Assembly: GCA_030390025.1 (NCBI GenBank)
Contig: JASTWF010000034.1
Location: forward strand, 3,038,001-3,102,000
Reading direction: 5' to 3'
From: Squalus acanthias
Lineage: Eukaryota
DNA length: 64,000 nt
The position numbers and the translations under genes are program-made. Below, piece after piece: positions 38,050-48,691 of this stretch. The notes beneath the pieces were generated by a model that was given only the letters and a program-made list of their open reading frames with translations, did not search any database and was not told the origin of the DNA. Numbering within the stretch: position 1 is the stretch's first letter; each line of letters starts with the position of its first letter.

Positions 38050-38710
38050 CCCTATATTTTAAAATATGCTTGGTAAAGTAACACATAATACCAAAATTGA
38101 AGCCCATGGGATTAAAGTGGCAGTGGTAACATGGCTCGGAAATTGGCTAAGAAACAGAAGACAGCGAGTAGTGATAAACGGTTGTTTTTGATACTCAATA
38201 TACTGTGGTGTACCCCAGGAGTCGGTGTTGGGACCATTGTTCATTTCTTGTATATCAATGCCATGGACTTGGCTATACAGTTAGTAATTTGAAAGATTGA
38301 GATGACAGGAAACTCTGAAATGTTAATAAACAGTGAGAATGGCAGTAACAGACCTCAGGAGGACATGGACAGACTGGTGAAATGGGCAGACACATGGCAG
38401 ATACAAGTTAATGTAGAGAAGGGTGAAGTGATACATGTTGGTAGGAAGCATGAGCAGAGTCCTTGGCTTTACAAACAGAGACAAAGAGTAACAAAATCGA
38501 GGTAGAAATGCTAATTTTAAAAAATAATTGGTTAGACCCCAGATGGAGTATTGTGTCCAATTCTGAGCGCCACACTTTGGCAAGCATGTCAAGGATGAGA
38601 GAAGGTGTGGAAGAGATTTATCGGAATGGCAGCAGGGATCTGGGACTTCAGTCACGTGGAGAGTCAGGAGAAGCGGGGATTGTTCATTTTAGAGCAGCGA
38701 AGATTAAGAT
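38050..38710 (+). mobile_element. Degraded CR1 RT fragment
   Basis: GVPQESVLGPL, QEDMDRLVKWADTWQ, EYCVQF; continues at ~40920-41138 with 3' tail. Confidence 0.8.
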
Positions 38711-38721
38711 TCACAGAATTG

Positions 38722-40920
38722 TAGAATCATAGAAATTTACGGCACAGAAGGAGGCCATTTGGCCCATTGTGTCTGCGCGGTCGAAATAGAGCTATCCAGC
38801 CTAATCCCACTTTCTAGCTCTTGGTCCTTAGCCCTGTAGGTTACAGCACTTCAAGTGCATATCCAAGTACGTTTTAAACGTGATGAGGGTTTCTGCCTCT
38901 ACCACACTTTCAGGCCTTGAGTTCCAGACCCCCACCGCCCTCTGGGTGTAAACATTTTTCCCCATCTCCCCTCTAATCCTTCTACCAATTAATTTAAATC
39001 TATGCCCCCGGTTATTGACCTCCCTGTCAGGGCAAATAGTTCCTCCTTATCCACTCTATCTAGGCCTCTCATAATTTTATACACCTGAATTAAATCTTCC
39101 AAGCCTTTTCTGTTCAAAGTAAACAACCCCAGGCTATCCAATCTTTCCTCATAGCTAAAATTCTCCAGTCCTGGAAACATCCACGTAAATCTCCTCTATA
39201 ATGTCTCGCGTGCAATCACATCTTTCCTGTAATGTGGTGACCAGAACTTTACACTGTATTCTAGCTGTGGCCTAACTATTGTCTTATACAGTCCTAGCAT
39301 AACCTCCCTGCTTTTATATTCTGTGCCTTGGCTAATAAAGCAACGTATCCCACATGCCTTCTTAACCACCCTATCTATATGTCCTGATATTTCTAGAGAT
39401 ATGTGGAAATGTACTCCAAGGTCCCTCTGTTCCTCTACAATTCTCAGCATCTTACCATTTATTGTGTATTTACCCTTTTGTTTTTAGCCCACCAGAAATC
39501 CATTACCTCACACTTCTCCGAATGTAAGTCCATTTACCACTATTCTGACCACCTGATCAGTCTATTGTTGTCTTCCTGCTGTCTACAGCTATCTTCCTCA
39601 CTATCAACCACACAGCCGATTTTAGTATCATCAGCAAACTTCTTCATCATGTCCGCAACATTGATGTCTAAATCATTGATATATGCCACAAAAAGCAGGG
39701 GACCTCGTACTGAGCCCTGTGGAACCCCACTGGAAACAGCCTTCCAGTCACAAAAACACCCATCAACCATTACCCTTTCCTTCCTGCCATTGAAATAATT
39801 TTGGATCCAACTTGCCGCTTTTCCTTGGATCCCATGACCAACCTGTCATGTGGGACCTTCTCAAAGACTTTGCTAATATCTATGTGAACTACATCAAATG
39901 CAGTACCTTCATCGACCCTCCTCGTTACATCCTCAACAAAATCAATCAGGTTAGTCAGACACGACATTCCCTTAACATTACCATGCTGACTGTCCTTGAT
40001 TAATCTGTGCCTTTATAAATGCCGATATATACTGCCCTCAGAATTTTTCCAATACTTTTTTCACCACCAATGTTAGACTGACTGGCATGTAATTACTCGG
40101 CCTATCCTCTTCTCCCTTTTTGTAAAATGGTACAACGTTAGCAGCCCTCAAGTCCTCTGGCACCATTCCTGTAGCCAGAAAGGATTGGAAAATTTTTGTC
40201 TGAGCCACAGCTATTTCCTCCCTTGCCTCTCGTAACATCCTGGGATACATTTCATCCGGGCCTCGTGATTTATCTACTTTCAAAGATGCTAAACCCCTTA
40301 ATGTTTCTTCTCTCACTATGTTTATCTCATTTTATATTTCACACTCCTCCTCCTCAACTACAATGTCTGCAACGTCTAACTCTTCTGTGAAGACAGACAC
40401 AAAGTATGTATTAAGAAACATATCCACGTCTTCCACCTCTACACACAGGATAACTTTTTGGTCTTTAATAGGCCATACTCTTTCCTTAGTTGTTCTCTTG
40501 CTCTTGATGTTTGGGTTTGCCTTGATATTACTTGCCAATATTTTTTCATGCCCTCTCTTTGCTTTCCTAATTTCCTTTTTAATTTCACCCCTGCACTTTC
40601 TATACCCCTCTAGGCTTTCTGTAGCATTGAGTTCGCAGTATCTGACACGCTTCCCTTTTTGTTCGCTTATCCTACCTTGTATACCTCTTGACATCCAGGG
40701 GGCTCTAGATTTGGGAGAAGCAACCTTTTTCTTTGTGGGATTATATTTGCTCTGAGGCCTCACTATCTCCTCGTTAAATGCTTCCCACTGCTCCGACACT
40801 GATTTCCCATCAAGTAGCTGTTTCTAGTCCACTTTTGCAAAATCACATCTCAGAAAAATAAAACTGGCCTTTCCCCAATTGAAAACTTTTCAACCTGCTT
40901 TATCTTTGTCATTTTCTATT
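38722..40920 (-). mobile_element. CR1-type LINE, 5' truncated, disrupted
   Basis: GVPQGSVRGPLLF, KFADDTKIG, RPQLEYSVKFW; tail TAGAATCATAGAA at 38722. Confidence 0.92.
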
Positions 40921-41344
40921 AGGGGAGATTTTATTGTGATCTGGAATGCACTGACTGAGAACGTGGTGGAAGCAAAATTAATTGAAACTTTCGAAAGGGA
41001 ATTGGATAATTAGATGCCATTTTTTACAGGGCTCTGATTAAAGAGTAGGACAAAATTGATAACTCTTTCAAAGAGACGGCACAGACACGTTGGGCCGAAT
41101 GCCCTCCGTCGGTGCTGTACCGTTCTATGATTCTATGAGCAAGAGACAGAGAGAGAGAGAAGAGGGGGAGATAGAGAAAGGGAGAAAGAGTGAAATAAAA
41201 ATAGAGACTGAAAAACAGGGAGAGGTACCGAAGGAAAGAAATTAACTTTACAAGGGGAATTGAATAAATACCTGAAGGGGAACAATTTGCAGGACTAAGG
41301 GAACAAAGCAGGGGAATGGGAGCAATTGCAGTGGTGAGGCCTTG

Positions 41345-41815
41345 GTAGAATTTGAAAATGAGAATGAGAATATTAAAATCGAGGTGTTCTCGGATCGGGA
41401 GCCAATGTAGGTAAGTGATCACAGGGGTGATGGGTGAATGGGACATGATGCGATTTAAGATGCGGGCAGCAGAGTTTTGGATGAGCTCTAATTTATGGAG
41501 TCTTGTAACTGGGAGGCCGGCTAGGGGAGCATTGGAATAGTCGAGTCTGGATTTAACAAAGGCACGGATGAGGATTTATGCAGCGAAAGGGTTGAGGTGA
41601 AGCGGAGATTGGTGACATTTTGGAGGTGGTAGTAGGCAGGACTGGTGATTCAGAAGATATGAGTTCAGAACTCAGCTCAGGGACAAAGAGATCATCGGGG
41701 TTGCGAACAGTCTGGTTCTGCCTCAGACATTGGCAAGGGAGGGGGATTGAGTCAGGAGATAGAGAACGGAGTTTGTGACGAAGACCGAAGACAATGGCTT
41801 TGCTCCTTCCAAGAT
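41345..41815 (-). mobile_element. L2-like LINE fragment
   Basis: SHSPITPVITYLHWLPIREHLDFNILIL. Confidence 0.75.
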
Positions 41816-41819
41816 ATAA

Positions 41820-42100
41820 ATGACAAAAACAGCAATACAGTGCTGGATATGGAGACTTACCAGGGACACCAACAGCAGCAAAGAAGAGAGAGTAAATTAC
41901 AAGAACAGTAATACAGTTAGCAAAGGTTTGCAGAGTTAATAGCTGGATACAGAGACTTAACTGGAACAACAACCGCAACAAGGAGCGAAGAGTGAATGAC
42001 AAGAATAGTAATGCAGCTTTACATGGTTTATCGAATTAATAGCTGGATAGAGAGACTTACCAGGAACACCAACAGCAGCAAGGAGGGGATAGTAAATGTA
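41820..42100 (-). repeat. Three ~100-bp tandem copies of the GPCR exon-1 end and splice donor
   Basis: GTTGGTGTTCCTG|GTAAGTCTC (42061/42060), GTTGTTGTTCCAG|TTAAGTCTC (~41960, donor dead), GTTGGTGTCCCTG|GTAAGTCTC (41861/41860). Confidence 0.85.
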
Positions 42101-42283
42101 TTGAATAATCTTAAGTGCGTAATAGATCCGATATTCTAATTGTATTTCATCATAATATTCTGAAAGGAAGTCAAACACCGAGGACAAAGTCCTCTCCATT
42201 GTTGTAATATTCCAATCTACTGTTCTCAGATTCCGACCCATTGTTGTAACATTCCAATCTACTCTTCTCAGATTCCGACCCAT
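42061..42283 (-). CDS. GPCR candidate first exon B (distal)
   Basis: MGRNLRRVDWNVTTMGRNLRTVDWNITTMERTL...IQYIYYPLLAAVGVP + G, consensus donor CTG|GTAAGT; 223 nt, phase 1, joins exon 16287-17176 as ...VGVPVNLVTI... (370 aa; 24.9-kb intron). Confidence 0.82.
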
Positions 42284-42361
42284 TGTTGTAACATTCCAAT
42301 CTACTGTTCTCAGATTCCGACTCCTTCTCTGTGGAGCAGCGCGCTGATCCCTGTCAGTGCC

Positions 42362-42560
42362 GGAGGTGATGCGCTCACTGACACTATGGGATAACACATT
42401 GAAAGGAGTCCCTTATTAATAGAAGAGGGAAACCCTGCACTGATACAATAAGGTCAATTGAGACTGACATTAATTACAGTCACTAAACAAACAGCTTCAG
42501 TTAACCCGTGGAGACTGACATTAATTAAAGTCACTGAACAAAGAGTTTCAGTTAACCCCT
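42362..42560 (-). promoter_or_regulatory. Putative promoter of exon B
   Basis: TATA-like TATTAATAA (minus, ~42413-42421) about 130 bp upstream of the ATG; 48-bp duplication containing CATTAATTA (42460-42507, 42511-42558); homologous to 24078-24208. Confidence 0.6.
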
Positions 42561-43341
42561 TTCAATCCAACACTTTTTGTACCACAGTAAAGTAGAACAT
42601 GTACCCGGTCCGGATGGGATGTATGAGGGTTGCTGAGAGAAAGAATGTTTGAAGTAGCGCAGGCTCTGGCCAGAATCTTTCAATCCTCCTTGGATATGGA
42701 AGTGGTGCCAGAGGACTGGAGGTTTGAAAACGTTACACCCTGTTTAAAAAAGGAGAGAGGGACAAACCCTGTAAATGCAGACCAGTCAGCCTAACGTCAG
42801 TGGTGGGGAAGCTTCTGGAGGTCATATTCCAGGACAAAATTATCTGTCATTTGGAAAAACATGGATTAATAAATGACAACCAGCACAGATTGTTGAAAGT
42901 TCAGTCTGTCTGACAAACTTGATTGAGTTTCTGATGAAGTAACGGAGAGGGTTGATGAGGGTAGTGGGGTTGATGTTGTGTCTATGGACTTTCAAAATTT
43001 GTTTGATAAAGTGCCACTTAATAGACTTGATAGGGAAACGGAAAACCATGGGATTAAAGGGGCAGTGGCTGCGTTGATACAACATTGGCTGAGGCACAGA
43101 TAACAGAGGGTAGTGGTGAACGGGTGTTTTTTCAGACAGAAGGGAAGTGTACAGTGGTGTACCCCACGGTTCGATCTTAGGGCAAGTGCTCTTTTTGATA
43201 GACATTAATTACCGGGACTAAAGTCTAAAGGCATAATTTCAAAGTTTGGAAATGACACGGAACTCAGAAATGTAGTAAACAGTGAGGAGAGTGACAGACT
43301 TCAGGAGCACATAGACAGACTGGTGAAATGGGCAGAAACAT

Positions 43342-43811
43342 AAAAAAAGAAAGACTTACATTTATATTGCGGCTTTCAAGACCACTGACTGTCTCAAAGC
43401 GCTTTACAACCAATGATTACTTTTAGAGTGTAGTCACTTTCATAATGCGGGAAGCGCAGCAGCCAATTTGTACACAGCAAGCTCCCACAAACAGCAATGT
43501 AATAATGACCAGTTAATCTGGTTTTTATTGTTATGTTGGTAGAGCAATACATATTGGCCAGTACACCGGGTATAACTCCCCTTCTCTTCTTCGAAATAGT
43601 TCCATGGAATCTGTTATGTCCACCTGAGAGAGTGGACAGGTCCTCGGTTTAACGTCTCATTCAAAAGACAGCACCTCCGACAGGGCAGCACTCCCTCAGC
43701 AATGCACAGGAGTGTCAGCCTAGATTCATGTGCTCAAGTCCCTGGAGGGGGATTTGAACCCACAACCTTCTGACTCAGGCGAGTGTGCCACCCACTGAGC
43801 CACAGCTGACA
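43342..43811 (-). mobile_element. DeuSINE (SacSINE1-like)
   Basis: Reverse complement of the 28586 SINE, head ends CCACTGAGCCACAGCTGACA. Confidence 0.87.
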
Positions 43812-44473
43812 AATAACATTTAACACAGAGAAATGTGAAGTGATACACTTTGGGCAGAAAAATGAGGAGAAGCAATATGCACTAAATGGTGCCATTTTAT
43901 TAAATGCAGTGCAGGTACAGAGAGACCTGGGAGTTTATGTGCACACATTTTTGAATGTGGCAGGACAAATTGATAAGACTGTTAAAACACATACAGGATC
44001 TTGGGCTTTCTAAATAGAGGCATAGAATAGAAAAGCAAGGAAGTTATGCTAAACATTTATAAATTTTAGGCCAGAGTTGGAATATTGTGTTCAATTCTTG
44101 GCATCGCACTTCAGGAAGGACGTCAAGGCTTTGGAGCAGGCGCAGATAAGATTACGAGAATGGTACCAGAGATGAGAAGTTTCAGTTATATGGAGAGCCT
44201 GGAGACGGTGAGATTTTCCCCCTTCGAGCAGAGAAGGTTAAGTGGGGGAATTAAGAAAGGTGTTCAAGGGTTTGGATAGAATAAATAATGAGAAACTGTT
44301 TCCAGTTGCGGAAGGGTTGGTAATCAATAGACACAGATTTAAGATAATTGGCAAAATATCCAGAGGGAAGATGAGGAGAATGTTTTACGCAGCGAGTTGC
44401 TATGATCTGGAATGTACTACATGGAAAAGTGACAGAAGGTTATTCAATGATACATTTAAAAAGGGAATGGGGT

Positions 44474-46680
44474 CAATACGGCAGGGCAGGGTTTATAATT
44501 GGGGGAGGGGTAATTATGATGTGATTAGGCAAGAATTAGGGAGTATAAAATGGGAACAGAAACTATCGGGGAAAGGCACAAACGAAAAGTGGAGCATTTT
44601 CATGGAGCAATTACTGCGTGTCCTTGATAGGTATGTCCCTGTCAGGCAGGGAGGAAATGGCCGAGTGAGAGAACCATGGTTCACAAAAGAGGTTGAATGT
44701 CTAGTCAAGAGGAAAAAGGAAGCGTATGTAAGGATGAGAAAACAAGGTTCAGTTGGGTCGATTGAGGGGTACAAGGTAGCAAGGAATGAGCTAAAAAAAG
44801 AGCTTAGGAGAGCTAGGAGGGGGCATGAGAAGTCCTTGGCGGGTCGGATCAAGAAAAACCCCAAGGCTTTTTACTCTTATGTGAGAAATAAAAGAATGAC
44901 CAGGGTGAGGGTAGGGCCGGTCAAGGACAGTAGTGGGAACTTGTGCATGGAATCAGAAGAGATAGGAGAGGTGATGAATGAATACTTTTCGTCAGTGTTC
45001 ACCGAGGAGAGGGGCCATGTTCTTGAGGATGAGAGTGTGATAAAGGTGGATAGGCTGGAGGTGGTAGATGTTCTGAGGGAAGATGTTTTAGCAATTTTGA
45101 AGAACCTGAGGGTCGATAAGTCCCCTGGGCCAGATGGGATATATCCTAGGATTCTTTGGGAGGCAAGGGAGGAGATTGCAGAGCCTCTGGCTTTGATCTT
45201 TGGGTCCTCACTGTCCACGGGGATGGTGCCAGAGGACTGGAGAGTGGCGAATGTTGTTCCTCTCTTCAAGAAAGGAAATAGGAATGACCCTGGTAATTAT
45301 AGGCCGGTTAGTCTTACTTCGGTGGTTGGTAAGATAATGGAAAAGGTCCTGAGGGATAGGAATTATGACCATTTGGAAAGGGGCAACTTAATCAGGGATA
45401 GTCAACACGAATTCGTGAAGGGTAAGTCTTGCCTAACAAATTTGATTGAATTCTTTGAGGAGGTAACTAAGTGTGTAGATGAAGGTAGAGCAGTTGATGT
45501 CGTATACATGGATTTTAGTAAGGCGTTTGATAAGGTTCCTCATGGTCGTCTCATGAAGAAAGTAAGGAGTTATGGGATAGAGGGAAATTTGGCCGATTGG
45601 ATAAGTAACTGGCTATCTCATAGAAGGCAGAGGGTGGTGGTGGATGGAACATTTTCGGACTGGAGACCAGTTACCAGCGGTGTGCCACAGGGGTCGGTGC
45701 TGGGTCCTCTGCTGTTTGTGATTTTTATCAATGACTTGGAGGAGGGGACTGAAGGGTGGATCAGTAAATTTGCTGATGACACCAAGATTGGTGGAGTAGT
45801 GGATGAGGTGGAGGGCAGTTGTAGGCTGCAAAGAGACATTGATAGGATGCAGAGCTGGGCCGAAAAATGGCAGATGGAATTTAACCCTGATAAGTGCGAG
45901 GTGATTCATTTTGGTAGGGCAAATTTGAATAAGGATTACAGGGTCAACGGCAGGGTTCTGAGGAACGTGGAGGAGCAGAGGGATCTGGGGGTGCATATCC
46001 ACAGATCTCTGAAGGTTGCCACTCAAGTGGATAGAGCAGTAAAGAAGGCCTATGGTGTGTTGGCGTTTATTAACAGAGGGTTTGAGTTTAAGAACCGTGA
46101 GGATATGCTGCAACTGTACAGGACCTTGCTGAGACCACATTTGGAATATTGTGTGCAGTTCTGGTCACCTCACTATAGGAAGGACGTGGAAGCATTGGAA
46201 AGAGTGCAAAGGAGATTTACCAGGATGCTGCCTGGTTTGGGGGGGAGGTCTTATGAGGAAAGATTGAGGGAGTTGGGGCTTTTCTCTTTAGAGCGGAGGA
46301 GGATGAGAGGCGACTTAATAGAGGTTTATAAGATGATGAGGGGGATAGATAGAGTGGATGTTCAGAGACTATTTCCTCGGGTAGCGGCAGCTGTTACAAG
46401 GGGGCATAACTATAAGGTGCATGGTGGGAGATATAGAAGGGATGTCCGAGGTAGATTCTTTACTCAGAGAGTGGTTGGGGTGTGGAATGGACTGCCTGCT
46501 GTGATAGTGGAGTCGGACACTTTAGGAACTTTCAAGCGGTTATTGGATAAGCACATCGAGCACACCAGAGTGATAGGGAGTGTGATAGCTTGATCTTGGT
46601 CTCGGACAATGCTCGGCACAACATCGAGGGCCGAAGGGCCTGTACTGTGCTGTACTGTTCTATGTTCTATGTTCTATGTA
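44474..46680 (+). mobile_element. Young 5'-truncated CR1 LINE with uninterrupted RT frame
   Basis: Frame open to stop at 46593 with GVPQGSVLGPLLF and KFADDTK; (GTTCTAT)n tail; no endonuclease domain. Confidence 0.95.
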
Positions 46681-46964
46681 ATACTGGAAATGAGGGATTT
46701 GCAGGGCTATGGGAAAAGAACAGGGGATTGGGACTAATTGAATAGCTCTTTCAAAGGTCCGGCACAGGCCCCATGGACAGAATAGCCTCCTTCTGTGCTG
46801 TAATATTCTATGGATTCTCTGATAAAATAAGGCATTGAGTCCTTATCTCATGTGCAAAATCGAAGTTCTGCAGTTTTTGAGCCAGATTCTAATTGTTACT
46901 TGTAATCTGATAGGGGGAATCAGAATTGATTTCCCACTTACCCTCAGTAACAATCCAAGCAAGT

Positions 46965-48691
46965 GAGTGCGACAGACAAGGCTGAAGCGTTTTCAACCAT
47001 CTTCAGTCAAAAGTGCTGAGTGGATGATTCATATCAGCCTACTCCTGAGGTCCCCACCATCACAGAAGCCAGTCTTCAGCCAATTTGATTCACTCCACGT
47101 GATATCAAGAAACGGCTGAGCGCACTGGATACAACAAAGGCTATTGGCTCCGACAACATCCCGGCTGTCGTGCTGAAGACTAGTGCTCCAGAACTAGCCG
47201 CCCCTCTAGCCAATCTGTTCCAGTACATCTACAACACTGGCATATATCCGACAATGTGGAAAACTGCCCAGGTATGCCCTGTCCACCAAAAGCAGGACAA
47301 ATCCAATGCCGGCCAATTACCCCACCATATGTCTACTCTCATTCACCAGCAAAGTGACGGAAGGTGTCATCGACAGTGCTAGCGGCACTTACTCACCAAT
47401 AACCTGCTCACTGATGCCCAGTTTGGGATCTGCCAAGACCACTCTGCTCCCGACCTCATTACAGCCTTGGACCAAACATGAACAAAGGAGCTGAATTCCA
47501 GAGGCGAGGTGAGAGTGACTGCCCTTGACATCAAGGCAGCATTTGACCGAGTTTTGCATCAAGGAGCCCTAGTAAAACTGAAGTCAATGGGAATCGGGGG
47601 AATACTCTGCACTGGCTGGAGTCATACATAGCAGAAAGGGAGATGACTGTGGTGGCTGAAGGTCAATCATACAGCCCCAGGACATCGTTGCAGGAGTTCC
47701 TCAGGGGAGTGTCCTAGGCCCAATCAGCTTCAGCTGCTTCATCAATGACTTTCCCTCCAACATAAGGTCAGAAATGGGATTGTTCGCTGATGACTGCACA
47801 GTGTTCAGTGCCATTCACAGCTCTACAGAAAATGAAGCAGTCCATGCCCGCATGCAAAAAGACCTGGACGACATTCAGGCTTGGGCTTACAAGTGGCAGA
47901 TAATATTCGCGCAACAGACCTACCAGGCAATGACTATCTCCAACAAGCGAGAGTCTAACCAACGCCCCTTGATATTCAGCGACATTACCATCGCCGAATC
48001 ATACACCATCAACATCCTGTGTGTCACCATTGACCAGAAACTTAACTGGACCAACCACATAAATACTGTGGCAACAAGAGCAGGTCAGAGGCTAGCTATT
48101 CTGCGGCGAGTGTCTCATCTCCTCGCTCCCCAAATGCATTCCACCATCTACATCGCACAAGTAAGGAGTGTGATGGAATACTCTCCACTTGCTTGAATGA
48201 GTGCAGCTCCGAGAACACTCAAGAAGCTCGACATCATCCAGGACATAGCCGCCCGTTAGATTGACACTCCATCCACCACATTAATCATTCACTCCCTCCA
48301 CCACCGGCGTACCGTGGCTGCAGTGTGTACCATCTACAAGATGCACTGCAGCAACTTGCCAAGGCTTCTTCGGCAGCACCTCCCAAACCCGCGAACTCTT
48401 CCACCTAGAAGGACAAGGGCAGCAGGTGCATGGGAACACCAGCACCTCCAAGTTTCCCCCAAATCGCACATCATCCTGACTTAGAAGTTGATTGCCAATC
48501 TTTCATCGTCGCTGGGTCAAAAACCTGGAACACCCTCCCTAACAGCACTGTGGGAGTACCTTCAGCACACGGACTGCAGCGGTTCAAGAAAGCGGCTCAC
48601 CACCACCTTCTCAAGGACAATTAGTGATGGGCAATAAATGCAGACTTTGTCAGCGACGTCCACATTCCATAAACGAATAAAATAAAAAAAA
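46965..48691 (+). mobile_element. LINE (second CR1-clade family), disrupted RT with A-rich tail
   Basis: LKTSAPELAAPL, LDIKAAFDRV, GVPQGSVLGP, LFADDCTV, VRSVMEYSPLA; tail AATAAAATAAAAAAAA; fragments of same family at ~35225-35450 and ~37700-37890. Confidence 0.88.

Larger units (their letters stand above)
42600..46815 (+). mobile_element. Old CR1 copy interrupted by a SINE and a young CR1
   Basis: Degraded RT motifs 42600-44470; its 3' UTR resumes at ~46681-46815. Confidence 0.85.

Noticed and set aside
44242..44473. 783-aa ORF as a complete LINE ORF2
   Set aside because: First ~77 codons come from the older host CR1; young insert lacks endonuclease.
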